From the IMG/VR virus record IMGVR_UViG_3300031953_000017, positions 1 through 53,788 of that record: DNA of 53,788 nucleotides. One strand, 5' to 3'. Positions within the stretch are counted from its first letter, which is position 1. Every line of letters starts with the position of its first letter. The translations under genes were made by a program, and so were the position numbers. The notes under the pieces were generated by a model. It was given only the letters and a program-made list of their open reading frames with translations, was not told the origin of the DNA and did no database searches. This stretch comes from a virus. Taxonomy: Duplodnaviria > Caudoviricetes. Of the stretch, positions 44,165 through 53,549 are shown one piece after another.

Positions 44165-46521
44165 GATTTGGCCTCCTTGATCTTGAAGTATGTGTTGCCG
44201 GTATTGGCTCCAGCTGGCCGTCGTTCCGAAACGCGGCCCTGATAGGTGAGTGATTGCAAGTATTCGTCAGTGACACGCTTCGGCTCGCCTCGGCGGAACC
44301 TGTAGATAGCTCCGAGGTCGGCTTCTTGGGATTCGCGGCCTGAGATGTATTTTTCGATCTCGTCACACTGCTTGGAGAAGAACGTATCCGAAATGCCTTC
44401 GGCAATCTTCATGACGTTACCCAACCAGATTTCGGCATAGTAGACAGCCACCTCGACATCTTTGGTTGCCACAATCACACGTCCGGCGCTCGCGGCCGAC
44501 AGTGCTGCGATCTTCCACATGATGTCGCCCATCCGGTTTAGGACGGGGCGCCACAATTCCATGTCGTGCTGCTGGGCAAGATGTTGGTGGGCTTTCCACT
44601 TCATCGCATCCATGAGCTCGATGGCTTCGTCGGTGGGATCCAGCGATGCGCGCTTACGATCGAGGGGAGCCGTCGCCCTCAGCTTCATGCGTAGGCGAGC
44701 GAACTGCAGCCCGAGGTATTTCGGCATCCCGTCGTAAGCTTTCACGGCATCGCCGCGGCGGAACTTCGACTTCACAGTCTCTTTGGTTGTCTCAACTTCG
44801 TCGCCGATGACCCAGATCTGCCGAGCCAGCCAGCCAGAATAAAACATCTGCTTGTCGATGGTTCCGAGGATCCCCGATGGCGTGCCCATGAAGTGCATGA
44901 CCATGATCGCGTGCATCCCCGGCTTGTTCAGCTCTTTGCGGCCAATCTTTCCCAGACTGGGGACTTCGCCGTCGTAGCCACGCGTCCAGTACTTTTCGAC
45001 CCCGGCGAGGTATCCTCCGCCAGCTTTCACGGACTGGATTAGAGCGTCGGCCTCATTCTCCTGAATGTAGGAAACCTTGTCGGTGCGCTCCACCAGGTTC
45101 TCGATCAGTGCCTCCTTCGACCCCATGGCGGGAACCTCAAGCGAGTCGTTCGGATACAGGTGTCGAACGCACGCCGAGAGGATCGACTTGGACTCGTCCT
45201 TTCCCGATGAAGACTTGCCCAGGGTGAACGAGAATATCCCGGTGCCAAGGTCTCTCGGCTCTTTCGGCATCTCGATGACCTCTGACAGTGCCAACGATAG
45301 TAGAGTCCATCCGTTGATAATGTGGTACGGCATGTTCGGCGTTTGCACTTTCGAGATCGCGTACTGCAGGTAAAGCGTCAGCATGTCGCTGCGATTCTCC
45401 ACGCGGCTGCGCTGAACCTCGTTCAGCAGCACTGGGGACTCGACGTTGCGTTTAGCTTTTGCCGGCGCGGGCAGAATGTTGTCCCCGCGCTCGTCAGCGA
45501 TGACCGGCTTGACGCGCGCCTGAAGCTCCCACCACAAGCCATCTACGCCACGAGCGTCTTCACGCCACTTGGATGCAGCCGGCGAATGCCATGCGATTGC
45601 CACGGTCTCTTCGTCGGTGAACCCGAAACGCTGGAGGTCGAGCAACAACGCATACCGCTGCTCCGAGCGCCAGCCGTCGTCGCCACCTTTGGGGGTTTTG
45701 TAGATCAGTTCGTTCAGTCGTTTTTCGCTCTGCGGAATGCGAACGATAAGCGACTCAAAGTCGGGCAGCCCCTCCAGCTTGGGGACGGGGCGAATCGGCT
45801 CGTCGGTTCCCACCTGAACGTCGACCTTGACGTCTTCGTAGACGTGCTGCAGATCCTCGACGGCATAAACCATGTCGCCAATCTCACCAGTCTGGGGGTC
45901 GACGTTATCGTCTTCCCATGTGATCTGGAACGGATTGTCTTGATCGTAGGTCGTGTTCAGCGTCGGAAGGCGCAGCACCTTGTTGGCGCTCCAGCCGGAC
46001 GGGTCGCAGCCCTGGTCTTTGTGGGCGGTCGTAATCTTGTGGGCGATCTCGGCCGCAAGGAGCGCGGGCACTGGCTGGGATAGGAACCAGTAGTCGTGAC
46101 CGTGACCTTCCGATGTCACAACGTGGCGGGATGGTGAGATCCTGAACGCTTCGGGTGGGCACGCGTCAGAGTCCATGTAGACCGTCTGCGAGAAGAGCGC
46201 GTTCAGCTTCGAGCGCGAGTAAAGTTTGCGGCCGTGTCGATCCTCATGAACGACGTCGCCGTTTTGGTCTTTGTATTCCGCATCGCCGTAAATGATCGGC
46301 GAAATGTAAACGTTGCGTTGCTCCCCTGAGCGCTTCTTTTCGGCAAACTCAACCATGAGGTCGAGCTCGGCGGGATAGGCAAACCAGTGGGGAGAGTTGA
46401 CGCGAAGCTTGCCGTGGGGCGCTGTGGTGGTGGGTTCTGTTCTTCCTGTGGCGAGCAAGAGAAGGGCGTTACCCTCCATGTCACGCAGGATGCCGGTGAT
46501 GAAATCACGCATTTCTGACAA
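44161..46521 (-). CDS. DNA primase (RepB/prim-pol type) fused to a helicase-like domain
   Basis: YMDSD, TSEGHGHDYW and KVLRLP primase motifs; P-loop-like GKSSSGKD; RBS AAAGGAGG before TTG 46521. Confidence 0.8.
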   Translation of the reverse strand: MSEMRDFITGILRDMEGNALLLLATGRTEPTTTAPHGKLRVNSPHWFAYPAELDLMVEFAEKKRSGEQRNVYISPIIYGDAEYKDQNGDVVHEDRHGRKLYSRSKLNALFSQTVYMDSDACPPEAFRISPSRHVVTSEGHGHDYWFLSQPVPALLAAEIAHKITTAHKDQGCDPSGWSANKVLRLPTLNTTYDQDNPFQITWEDDNVDPQTGEIGDMVYAVEDLQHVYEDVKVDVQVGTDEPIRPVPKLEGLPDFESLIVRIPQSEKRLNELIYKTPKGGDDGWRSEQRYALLLDLQRFGFTDEETVAIAWHSPAASKWREDARGVDGLWWELQARVKPVIADERGDNILPAPAKAKRNVESPVLLNEVQRSRVENRSDMLTLYLQYAISKVQTPNMPYHIINGWTLLSLALSEVIEMPKEPRDLGTGIFSFTLGKSSSGKDESKSILSACVRHLYPNDSLEVPAMGSKEALIENLVERTDKVSYIQENEADALIQSVKAGGGYLAGVEKYWTRGYDGEVPSLGKIGRKELNKPGMHAIMVMHFMGTPSGILGTIDKQMFYSGWLARQIWVIGDEVETTKETVKSKFRRGDAVKAYDGMPKYLGLQFARLRMKLRATAPLDRKRASLDPTDEAIELMDAMKWKAHQHLAQQHDMELWRPVLNRMGDIMWKIAALSAASAGRVIVATKDVEVAVYYAEIWLGNVMKIAEGISDTFFSKQCDEIEKYISGRESQEADLGAIYRFRRGEPKRVTDEYLQSLTYQGRVSERRPAGANTGNTYFKIKEAKS

Positions 46522-46692
46522 ACCAGCCTCCTTTCCGTTGAGATGTGGGGAGGCGGCAGCTACCGGCCGGGGTAACTGCCGCCTCGCTGACTGTGCTTCG
46601 CTTTTCAGCATGGATCAGTCTCTCCATGCGGCAGGGCGTCCCCGAACCGCTTTCTCTGCCCTCAGCCGCCAGAGCGGTGTGGTGCCAGAGGT

Positions 46693-47253
46693 CTAGAAGC
46701 CTTCGTTCTCGTCGTACTCAGGCGCAGCCGGCGCTCCGCCTCCGCCGCTACCGGCCATGGGCGGCAACTCGCTCACGCCATCCCAGAAGGCGACAGCGTT
46801 CTCTTCGCGAGCGCCCAGGACTCGGCCATCGTCGAGAACCTTGATGGCAATGGATCCGCCATCTTCGCCCTTGAAGTAGATCGACTCGGCGCGGCCAGCG
46901 TGCAGCTTGCCCGACTTGTCCTCCCACGGCTTCTCTTCGCGGTAGCTGGTGTCGATTGAAACAACGCAGCCGTGGGCGAACAGGGGGTTGGTAACGAGGG
47001 CGATGAACTCTTCGTTGTTGTCGTCGTCGAACACTGTGACCTTGTGCCATGCAGTGTGAGTGCTGACGTAAGCGTCGGCGGCAAGCTCTGGGCGCTGGAA
47101 CTCCGGCTCGCAGCGGTCGTTGCGCTCTTGGAATTGCTCGGCCACAAGAAGCTTAAGAACCATTTTTCCGGTCTTGGCGCGGAAAAGTCCCGACTGCTTT
47201 GTGTTCTTGGTGATGATCCGACCTTCATACCAGATTCCGTTACGTCGTGCCAT
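46693..47253 (-). CDS. ssb: single-stranded DNA-binding protein
   Basis: TAWHKVTVF OB-fold motif; Gly linker; acidic tail ending in F. Confidence 0.75.
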   Translation of the reverse strand: MARRNGIWYEGRIITKNTKQSGLFRAKTGKMVLKLLVAEQFQERNDRCEPEFQRPELAADAYVSTHTAWHKVTVFDDDNNEEFIALVTNPLFAHGCVVSIDTSYREEKPWEDKSGKLHAGRAESIYFKGEDGGSIAIKVLDDGRVLGAREENAVAFWDGVSELPPMAGSGGGGAPAAPEYDENEGF

Positions 47254-48242
47254 TAGTGCTTCTCCGTTTCTTTCGTGCGAGCCTTAGCTCGGCTTTTCAG
47301 TTCGGCTTCCATCTTGCAGAGGGCGAGTGCGCCCTCGAAGCCTATTCGGTACAAGTCCATATCGTCAGTTCGATCTTTCAGGACACAAAACCGGGGAATC
47401 AAGTTCCCCTGTGTGTCGTAGTCGTCGGGACGAATATGTAATAAAGCATAGCGCTCCCAGACGGGCGGCGCATCCTCAACCCAGAAAGAAATTACTTTTT
47501 TTCCGGCTTCAGTCTTTTCGGCCTTGATTGCGTCGGGGTGAGTCTCCACCACTTCGCGCATGATGACCTCTGCGGAGGCGAGCGCGGCCAGCTGGTAGCC
47601 GTGGTCGTTCCATGTGTTTCGGGCGGTCTTGAGGTCAACGAGCGTCCGAACGAATTGCCCAGGCTCCTGCCCGAGGCATGGCCCTTCGTGGTCGCAGCGG
47701 ATCGACCAGTCAGCGTCGGCGGTGCCGGCTATCCCCAGCGTGTCGTTGACGATGGTGAACTCTTGGTTGTGGGAGATGATCGTGTGGTGTTCGTGCCACT
47801 CGATCCACGCCTCAATCATCTCGTCGGTTTCGACCGACATCGGCTCGGGATATTCGGACATGCCGTCGATGTCGGCCTCCGACCACTCGTGCATGTTGGT
47901 GCCCAGCTCGGCCGCATCCTGCACGACCCGCTCGTAGTATTCGCGAACCTCCCCGCCAGCCTCGTTAGAGTTTCGGCTCCAAGTGAAGCGAAGAGCTCGA
48001 TAGCCGACCTCCTGCTCACAGCCCTGCAGGTACGAGAGTGACGTGACGGCCTTGGCGGCAGTCTGGTCAGCGATCCATTGGTGCAGCCCAGGCTTGTTGA
48101 TCTGCTTCAGAACGGTCGTCACCGAGGGATAGATGCGCTGCAGCGTCTTGCCTGTCGCGGGGCTGACGCGAGTGCGACCGGGTATGCCGTACCCGCGCCC
48201 GCCGAAGCCGCTCTTGACGACGGCGAGCTTGGGATGGGTCAT
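47253..48242 (-). CDS. PD-(D/E)XK exonuclease (Cas4/RecB-like)
   Basis: YPSVTTVL, GTNMH, AGTAD, VDLKT, YQL motifs. Confidence 0.85.
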   Translation of the reverse strand: MTHPKLAVVKSGFGGRGYGIPGRTRVSPATGKTLQRIYPSVTTVLKQINKPGLHQWIADQTAAKAVTSLSYLQGCEQEVGYRALRFTWSRNSNEAGGEVREYYERVVQDAAELGTNMHEWSEADIDGMSEYPEPMSVETDEMIEAWIEWHEHHTIISHNQEFTIVNDTLGIAGTADADWSIRCDHEGPCLGQEPGQFVRTLVDLKTARNTWNDHGYQLAALASAEVIMREVVETHPDAIKAEKTEAGKKVISFWVEDAPPVWERYALLHIRPDDYDTQGNLIPRFCVLKDRTDDMDLYRIGFEGALALCKMEAELKSRAKARTKETEKH

Positions 48243-48730
48243 TTTGGAACAGGCCAAACATCGACATTGGGAACAAAGCTAACGGTCTGAACGACGCGTG
48301 TAGCCCGATCCTTTCCAGCGTTGTTCTTTGCGACCTCCTCGGCCACGCCCATCGACCCGACTTCCAGCTCGTGTGGGAAGGTCGCCCCGCCGTCGAGGGA
48401 GATCTGCACTGCGAACCTTGTCTCGCTCTCTAGTTCGATCGCGGTTTGCAGTTCGAGGTCGCTGACTGTGATGTGATGCCCTCCACGCGGATAAGCCTCG
48501 TATCCGTCGGCCTTCTTGCATGCCGATCCGTCGACGACAACGAACCTGCCACCATCGTCAGCCAGTACTCCGACGATTCCGGTGCGGGGCAGAACCACTA
48601 AACGCCCCACCATGTCATGAGTGTGGACTCGACGCTGCGGCAGCGCCAATAGCTGCGCGTTGGTCGACCCCTCGGGAGCTTCCACATCGCGGGGATCTTT
48701 CATTAGACCCTCGAACGGTTTGAACGCCAT
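48239..48730 (-). CDS. hypothetical protein
   Basis: 163 aa, coupled. Confidence 0.7.
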   Translation of the reverse strand: MAFKPFEGLMKDPRDVEAPEGSTNAQLLALPQRRVHTHDMVGRLVVLPRTGIVGVLADDGGRFVVVDGSACKKADGYEAYPRGGHHITVSDLELQTAIELESETRFAVQISLDGGATFPHELEVGSMGVAEEVAKNNAGKDRATRVVQTVSFVPNVDVWPVPK

Positions 48731-49785
48731 TATGCCTTCTCCTTCACCATGCGCTCAAGCTCGTCGGCGAGCTTCTTGACGGCCGTGGGCAGCACGATCC
48801 ACTCTTCACGCTTCTCCTTGCCGGTCACTCGTGTCGCGATCTCATTAGTCTGAATGGGGGACAGCTGTAGGACTTTGTTCAGATCTCGGATGCGTGCTTT
48901 CTGCTCGCCAAGCTTATCCAGATCGGGGGCTTCTGCCGGTGCTGGGCGTGCCTCTGGCTGGTCGGCAACCTCGCCCGTGGCCTGATTGACCGCTGGCTCA
49001 GGTTCGGCCGCTGGAGCGGGCGTGGGTGCTGGTTTCGCGACTGCCGGCTGAGCCTGTGGCCCCGAACGACGTGTTCCTCCGCCACCAGCACCAGTACCGG
49101 CCGCTGCTGCGCGTTGCTGAGCTCCGCGATCCCCTGCCGGCGCAGCGCTGCCGTCACGCTTGTCTGTGGTCGCTGTGCGGTTGCGCTCTTCGGGCTGGTC
49201 GGCATCAGGCTCAAGCTCGGTGCGATCGACGATGGCGAAAGTCTCCACAAAGGCACGCTTCACAGCCGATGTGGTGGCTTTATTTGTGGCCTTATCGCTG
49301 GACGTGTCCATGGATTCGCCGATGGTGCGAACGACCACTTCGGAGTTGTCGCCGACATACACGAAACGAATGTCGTAGGTGACCTGAACTCGAATGTTTC
49401 GGTTGGGGATCTTGCCGTCGCCGATGGGGCGCCCGATGTCGGTGAGCTTGTTCGCCCGCGGGTTATCTACCAGCTCGCCCGTAGTCGGGTGGAACGTCTT
49501 GGCCGGTTCGGTCTGTGCCATGGTGAGCGTCGGCGCGGCCACCGTGATCTGTGAGTCCTGGTCGACAAACTCAAGGTACGTCATGATGCCGTGGCGCTCG
49601 AGAATCGGGTACAGGTGCGCCCGAATGTCGTCGATCTTGGTGAAAGCCACCGTCTTGCCGCCGAGGGGCATCTCGCCACTCTTGGCGACCTCCGGCATGT
49701 CCACCTTGGCCGCGAACATCGCGCGGTGGATCTGGGGCATCTTCTCTTCGCTGACCACTGGCAGCGGGAATCTGTTGTCGGTCAT
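48730..49785 (-). CDS. erf: ERF-family ssDNA annealing protein
   Basis: GESMDTSSDKATNKATTSAVK ERF motif; next to exonuclease and SSB. Confidence 0.8.
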   Translation of the reverse strand: MTDNRFPLPVVSEEKMPQIHRAMFAAKVDMPEVAKSGEMPLGGKTVAFTKIDDIRAHLYPILERHGIMTYLEFVDQDSQITVAAPTLTMAQTEPAKTFHPTTGELVDNPRANKLTDIGRPIGDGKIPNRNIRVQVTYDIRFVYVGDNSEVVVRTIGESMDTSSDKATNKATTSAVKRAFVETFAIVDRTELEPDADQPEERNRTATTDKRDGSAAPAGDRGAQQRAAAAGTGAGGGGTRRSGPQAQPAVAKPAPTPAPAAEPEPAVNQATGEVADQPEARPAPAEAPDLDKLGEQKARIRDLNKVLQLSPIQTNEIATRVTGKEKREEWIVLPTAVKKLADELERMVKEKA

Positions 49786-49786
49786 T

Positions 49787-50587
49787 TTAGAACCCTTCAT
49801 CTTCGGGGCGAGGGCGCATCGGCCACTGCCCAGCTGTACGTCGCGTGTCGTCGATCGCCGTCTTGCGTTCAGCCGGCGTTGCGTTGGCTAGCCCTTTACC
49901 TGTCGCCCAAAAATCGGCGAGGCTTGCGGCGTTGTTGCGGTGAGTGTGAATCAGCCTGTCGTGCACTTCTGGCAGCGTCATGTCGGCGATGCGAGAATGC
50001 GTCAGCAGCTTGATTGCCACGCGGCCAGCCATGCGGCAGTCGGCCTCGGCGTCGTGCGCGTTGGTTTCGACGGGCACCCCGTAAACTTTCGCCAAATCGA
50101 CAAGCTTGCGGCTGCCTTTGCGAAACTTGTCAACCGCGCGGTCGAACACCATCGGGTCAAACACTGTGGGGTAACCCACCTTGCCGTCGTCGTTGACATC
50201 CATGAGCGGTCGAACTGCTGGCCAATGGCGCAACATCTCGCGATCAAGGATGGTGAAGTCGAAGACCGCGTTCATGGCGACCATGACGATTCCGCGACGG
50301 GAGAGAATGTCGAGACGCTGGTTGATCTCAAAGATGCCCTGTTTCGGGTCGGCCCCCTCGGCCATCATCTTTTCGGTCGTGATGCCATGAACATCACTCG
50401 CCTCTTTCGAGATCTCATGGCCGGTGTTCAGCAGCCACGACCAGGATTCCAGCATGTCGCCGGTCTTAGTCTCCATCACGCCAATGAAGGCTGTGACAAT
50501 GTGGCAGTTCTCGACATCCACTCCGTCGGTCTCAGTGTCGAATACGACGATCGTGTCGGGAAGAGCTACGCCCAGTTTTACTGACAA
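49787..50587 (-). CDS. DnaQ-like (DEDDh) 3'-5' exonuclease
   Basis: VFDTETDG, NAVFDFTIL, AHDAEAD. Confidence 0.9.
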   Translation of the reverse strand: MSVKLGVALPDTIVVFDTETDGVDVENCHIVTAFIGVMETKTGDMLESWSWLLNTGHEISKEASDVHGITTEKMMAEGADPKQGIFEINQRLDILSRRGIVMVAMNAVFDFTILDREMLRHWPAVRPLMDVNDDGKVGYPTVFDPMVFDRAVDKFRKGSRKLVDLAKVYGVPVETNAHDAEADCRMAGRVAIKLLTHSRIADMTLPEVHDRLIHTHRNNAASLADFWATGKGLANATPAERKTAIDDTRRTAGQWPMRPRPEDEGF

Positions 50588-50775
50588 ATCTCTACCTCCG
50601 TTCCGCAGTTGCTACAGGTGATTGTTTTGGAATCGAAGCACACGACACAAAGGTCGAACTTCGGGGTGGAGCCGACATCTCCGAGAGTGTCGGACTCTGT
50701 TGCGGGAGTGCCACACAGGTAGACCGTTGGGGCCGACCGTGGGCACTCGCCGCAGAGTAGATGATCGAGTTCGAT
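50578..50775 (-). CDS. 65-aa Cys-rich ORF lacking a canonical start (possible ATC start or pseudogene)
   Basis: IELDHLLCGECP...LCG...CVVC...CSNCG...CQ fills the gap between ATPase and DnaQ; TAATC sits where TAATG coupling is expected. Confidence 0.5.
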   Translation of the reverse strand: MELDHLLCGECPRSAPTVYLCGTPATESDTLGDVGSTPKFDLCVVCFDSKTITCSNCGTEVEICQ

Positions 50776-51995
50776 TAGACCGAAACCTCGCCATCTTCGA
50801 TTATGACAGCCGTGGGGTCGCCGTCACCGACGCGCTCAATCCAGACTTGGAAGTCCTTATCGACTGCCATGTCGGACAGAATCTTCATGCTGTCAGCGTC
50901 CAGCAACGAGCCGTCAAGGATGCGCGCTACACGCAGCGTCGGGTTCAGGGCGATGGCCATGGCGAACGATACGCGGATCTGTTCGGCACTGGATGCGTCG
51001 TCGAACGAGATACCGTTGAACGTCACACCATTCTCGCCGAAACCCAGGCCGTCGACTGGGAACTTCGCCTTGGCCAGAGCGTCGGCCTTCTCCTTGTCGA
51101 GCGATTCGATCAGACTCGTGAAGGTCTCTCGCACTCGCTCAGCTTCGACGATGGCTGCGTTGCGTGCCTTCGCTGCGTTGTTGGCGCGGATCTCGTTGTT
51201 GGTCTTCTCGACGTTGGAGAGCTGATCTTCGATCGCGCTCACATCGGGAGCCTCGGGCATAGCCTTGAACAGCTCGTGCTGCTTCTTTGCGGCTTCGCGC
51301 TCTGCGGCGAGTTCCTTCTGCAGGCCAGAAATCCTTGACTCGATCTCCTCAATCGTTGCGAGGTGGCTCTCCAACGTCCGATTGGCCTGAAGCTTGTCTT
51401 CGCTCAGTTGATGCGCCGCACGAATCTTGGCGATGATGTCGGACGCGGACTGCTCTTCAGCCGGCAGTGTTGCGCTAACAGGAAGGCGCTCACCGAGAGC
51501 CTTAGCCTGTCGGCCGAGTTCCGTTCGGTTTTCGTAGGCAGCCGAGCGCGCCTGCTCGTTTTCGTCGAGGTCGATTTCGACGTAGACCAGATCCAGCAAT
51601 GCGGCCGTCTGCTTCTTGCTGTCCATGCGAGTGAACTCGAGAGGGTCAAACGAGAGCTTGCCAACCAACGCGTCGAGTAGCGCCTGTGGCGGCTTCTGCG
51701 GCTTCGATCCGTCAGCGTTCAGAACCTTCAGCGGTTGAGGCTTGCCGTTCTTCCATGATCGGGTGACAACTATGTCGCCGAGGTCGACGCGAATTGTGGC
51801 GTTATCTTCGCCATCGCGGATCGGCTGCGAAGACTTGTTGGCAGCCCCGCCACCGAGCGCAGCCCAGATGGAGTCGAGTACTGAAGTCTTGCCTTGGGCG
51901 TTGCGTCCGCCAACAATGACGAGCTCGCCCTCGGGAGTGATGTCGATGGCCTTGAGGCGCTTGTAGTTTTCGACTTGAAGGTTGATGATTTTCAT
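50775..51995 (-). CDS. SMC/Rad50-like ABC ATPase with coiled coil
   Basis: NYKRLK, Walker A GRNAQGKT, long coiled coil, signature ASSAEQ. Confidence 0.85.
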   Translation of the reverse strand: MKIINLQVENYKRLKAIDITPEGELVIVGGRNAQGKTSVLDSIWAALGGGAANKSSQPIRDGEDNATIRVDLGDIVVTRSWKNGKPQPLKVLNADGSKPQKPPQALLDALVGKLSFDPLEFTRMDSKKQTAALLDLVYVEIDLDENEQARSAAYENRTELGRQAKALGERLPVSATLPAEEQSASDIIAKIRAAHQLSEDKLQANRTLESHLATIEEIESRISGLQKELAAEREAAKKQHELFKAMPEAPDVSAIEDQLSNVEKTNNEIRANNAAKARNAAIVEAERVRETFTSLIESLDKEKADALAKAKFPVDGLGFGENGVTFNGISFDDASSAEQIRVSFAMAIALNPTLRVARILDGSLLDADSMKILSDMAVDKDFQVWIERVGDGDPTAVIIEDGEVSV

Positions 51996-52064
51996 GTGGT
52001 GAGTCTCCGCTCTGCTAAGTGATGCGCTGTGGTGATGTCTCTAAGGTAGCACGTATTCGTACCG

Positions 52065-52205
52065 TTATGCGCACATTGACGAGAAAAAATCTATCGGATT
52101 TTCCTGAGTCTGAACCTCGCCACATCCGACGGTGTTGCAGATCCTCGTCCTGTGGCTATCGGAGTATGCCCAGTCGTGGTGCATCCCCCGGCGATTGCAG
52201 TTCAT
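52065..52205 (-). CDS. 46-aa Cys/His protein
   Basis: MNCNRRGMHHDW...RICNTVGCG; ATGA overlap. Confidence 0.5.
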   Translation of the reverse strand: MNCNRRGMHHDWAYSDSHRTRICNTVGCGEVQTQENPIDFFSSMCA

Positions 52206-53005
52206 TCCTTCACCGAGTAAATGAATATCAGGCGCGATGCGCGCTTCGTGATCAGCACGACCGAGAGCGGCGCCAGCGCGGCCAAGGAGATCCCCAACCA
52301 TGCCTGCCATGTACCGAGCGCGCCAGCGGCCTCCTGCCCCATGTAGGTGTGCGCCGCGTTGGCCACGACGGCAATCATCGCGAACACCAGCTGCCAGCCG
52401 ATCGCCGAGTCCGACATCTTCTGCGCCTTCGCCCGCTGTCCCGCGCTGTACTTTCGGTCGTTGGTGGCGCGTGCCTGCCACATGATGACCTCGACACCGA
52501 AGAACACAATGAAGACTTCGACAAAACCGGGAACGACCCACACAAGGAACGGCCACACGGGCAGCATGAGCGCTGCCGTCGCCGCGATTGTGGGGAACGA
52601 GAACAACGCCGACGTTGCGAAGATTAGGCACGCCAACACCAACGCGAAGACGATGACCTTCTTGTTTTGTGGGTCAATCTCATGGAACTGGGTGTCATCC
52701 TCGTCGGCCTTGAACTCGAGCTTTTCGGCGAGCTTGCCGATCGCCTCGATGTCCTCAATCTTGATAGGGGGTCGCATCGACAGTTCGCGAAGATGCTCGG
52801 TGGTGTCGTGATCCATGGATCGGTCGAGCGCTGCCGGCTGATCCCGGTCGGCCTCGAAGTCATCCTTGATCGAGTTGGCAGCTTTCAGCCAATCCTCTAC
52901 GTCCTGGCCGGTCTCTTTCTCGACGTCGCGCCCGCTCGGATGGTCGCCCACGGGCAGCTTCGTCACCTTTGCCGGCCGGATGTTCGTTACATTGTCGTCA
53001 GTCAT
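52202..53005 (-). CDS. four-helix membrane protein (DUF2637-like)
   Basis: Acidic N-terminus, four hydrophobic helices, ANAAH motif. Confidence 0.7.
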   Translation of the reverse strand: MTDDNVTNIRPAKVTKLPVGDHPSGRDVEKETGQDVEDWLKAANSIKDDFEADRDQPAALDRSMDHDTTEHLRELSMRPPIKIEDIEAIGKLAEKLEFKADEDDTQFHEIDPQNKKVIVFALVLACLIFATSALFSFPTIAATAALMLPVWPFLVWVVPGFVEVFIVFFGVEVIMWQARATNDRKYSAGQRAKAQKMSDSAIGWQLVFAMIAVVANAAHTYMGQEAAGALGTWQAWLGISLAALAPLSVVLITKRASRLIFIYSVKE

Positions 53006-53264
53006 TTTGTGTCCCCTCTTTGTCGAATCCTAATCGCGCAGCAAGCTCGTCCAGACCTCCATGCGCTCGCCTCTCCAGAGAGCCGATGATGAACTTTAGC
53101 GCTTCCTTCGGTGGTCGGGTAAGCGTGATGTAGGTGTATGGGTGGACGAAAACGGTGGGCAGCCCACGGCTTTCGGCGGGGTCTATGCCCAGAATCATCT
53201 GGCCGCGCTCGACCCCGATCGAAGAGTAGACCTCAAAGCCTTCAAGACCTTTTACTTTAGCCAC
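52998..53264 (-). CDS. hypothetical protein
   Basis: 88 aa in leftward operon. Confidence 0.65.
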   Translation of the reverse strand: MAKVKGLEGFEVYSSIGVERGQMILGIDPAESRGLPTVFVHPYTYITLTRPPKEALKFIIGSLERRAHGGLDELAARLGFDKEGTQND

Positions 53265-53273
53265 CGTCGCCGC

Positions 53274-53549
53274 TTACCCAAGACCCTTGAATTGGGATGG
53301 ATCCACGAATACGGACGGGTCTATAACCACTGGCGGCACTTCAAGCGGTTTCGCCTCTTCGCGCGGCGCGCGGGGTGATGGCGCAACTGGCTCGACATGC
53401 CTGTGGTCGGTTCGCCAACGCTCCGCCATCTCTTCGGCGCTGCGATGCTCGTTGTTGGTGCCACCGCCACGCATGCTCCGGTAAGAGTTGCCGGTCGCCC
53501 TGAAAGTTGCCCCGCATGCACAGGTTTCCGTTATTGCTATCTCGGCCAT
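53274..53549 (-). CDS. hypothetical protein with CACG...H motif
   Basis: TGATG overlap; GGAGG RBS. Confidence 0.65.
   Translation of the reverse strand: MAEIAITETCACGATFRATGNSYRSMRGGGTNNEHRSAEEMAERWRTDHRHVEPVAPSPRAPREEAKPLEVPPVVIDPSVFVDPSQFKGLG

Noticed and set aside
47253-48242. Cas4-like nuclease as evidence of a CRISPR system
   Set aside because: No repeat-spacer array or other cas genes seen; the SSB/ERF context indicates a recombination exonuclease.
53165-53200. MILGIDP in 52998..53264, identical at DNA level (GGGTCTATGCCCAGAATCATCT) to the start of the RuvC-like gene near 39938-39959
   Set aside because: The 22-nt match is real and may mark an old recombination event, but the 88-aa ORF lacks the remaining RuvC catalytic residues, so it is not called a second resolvase.
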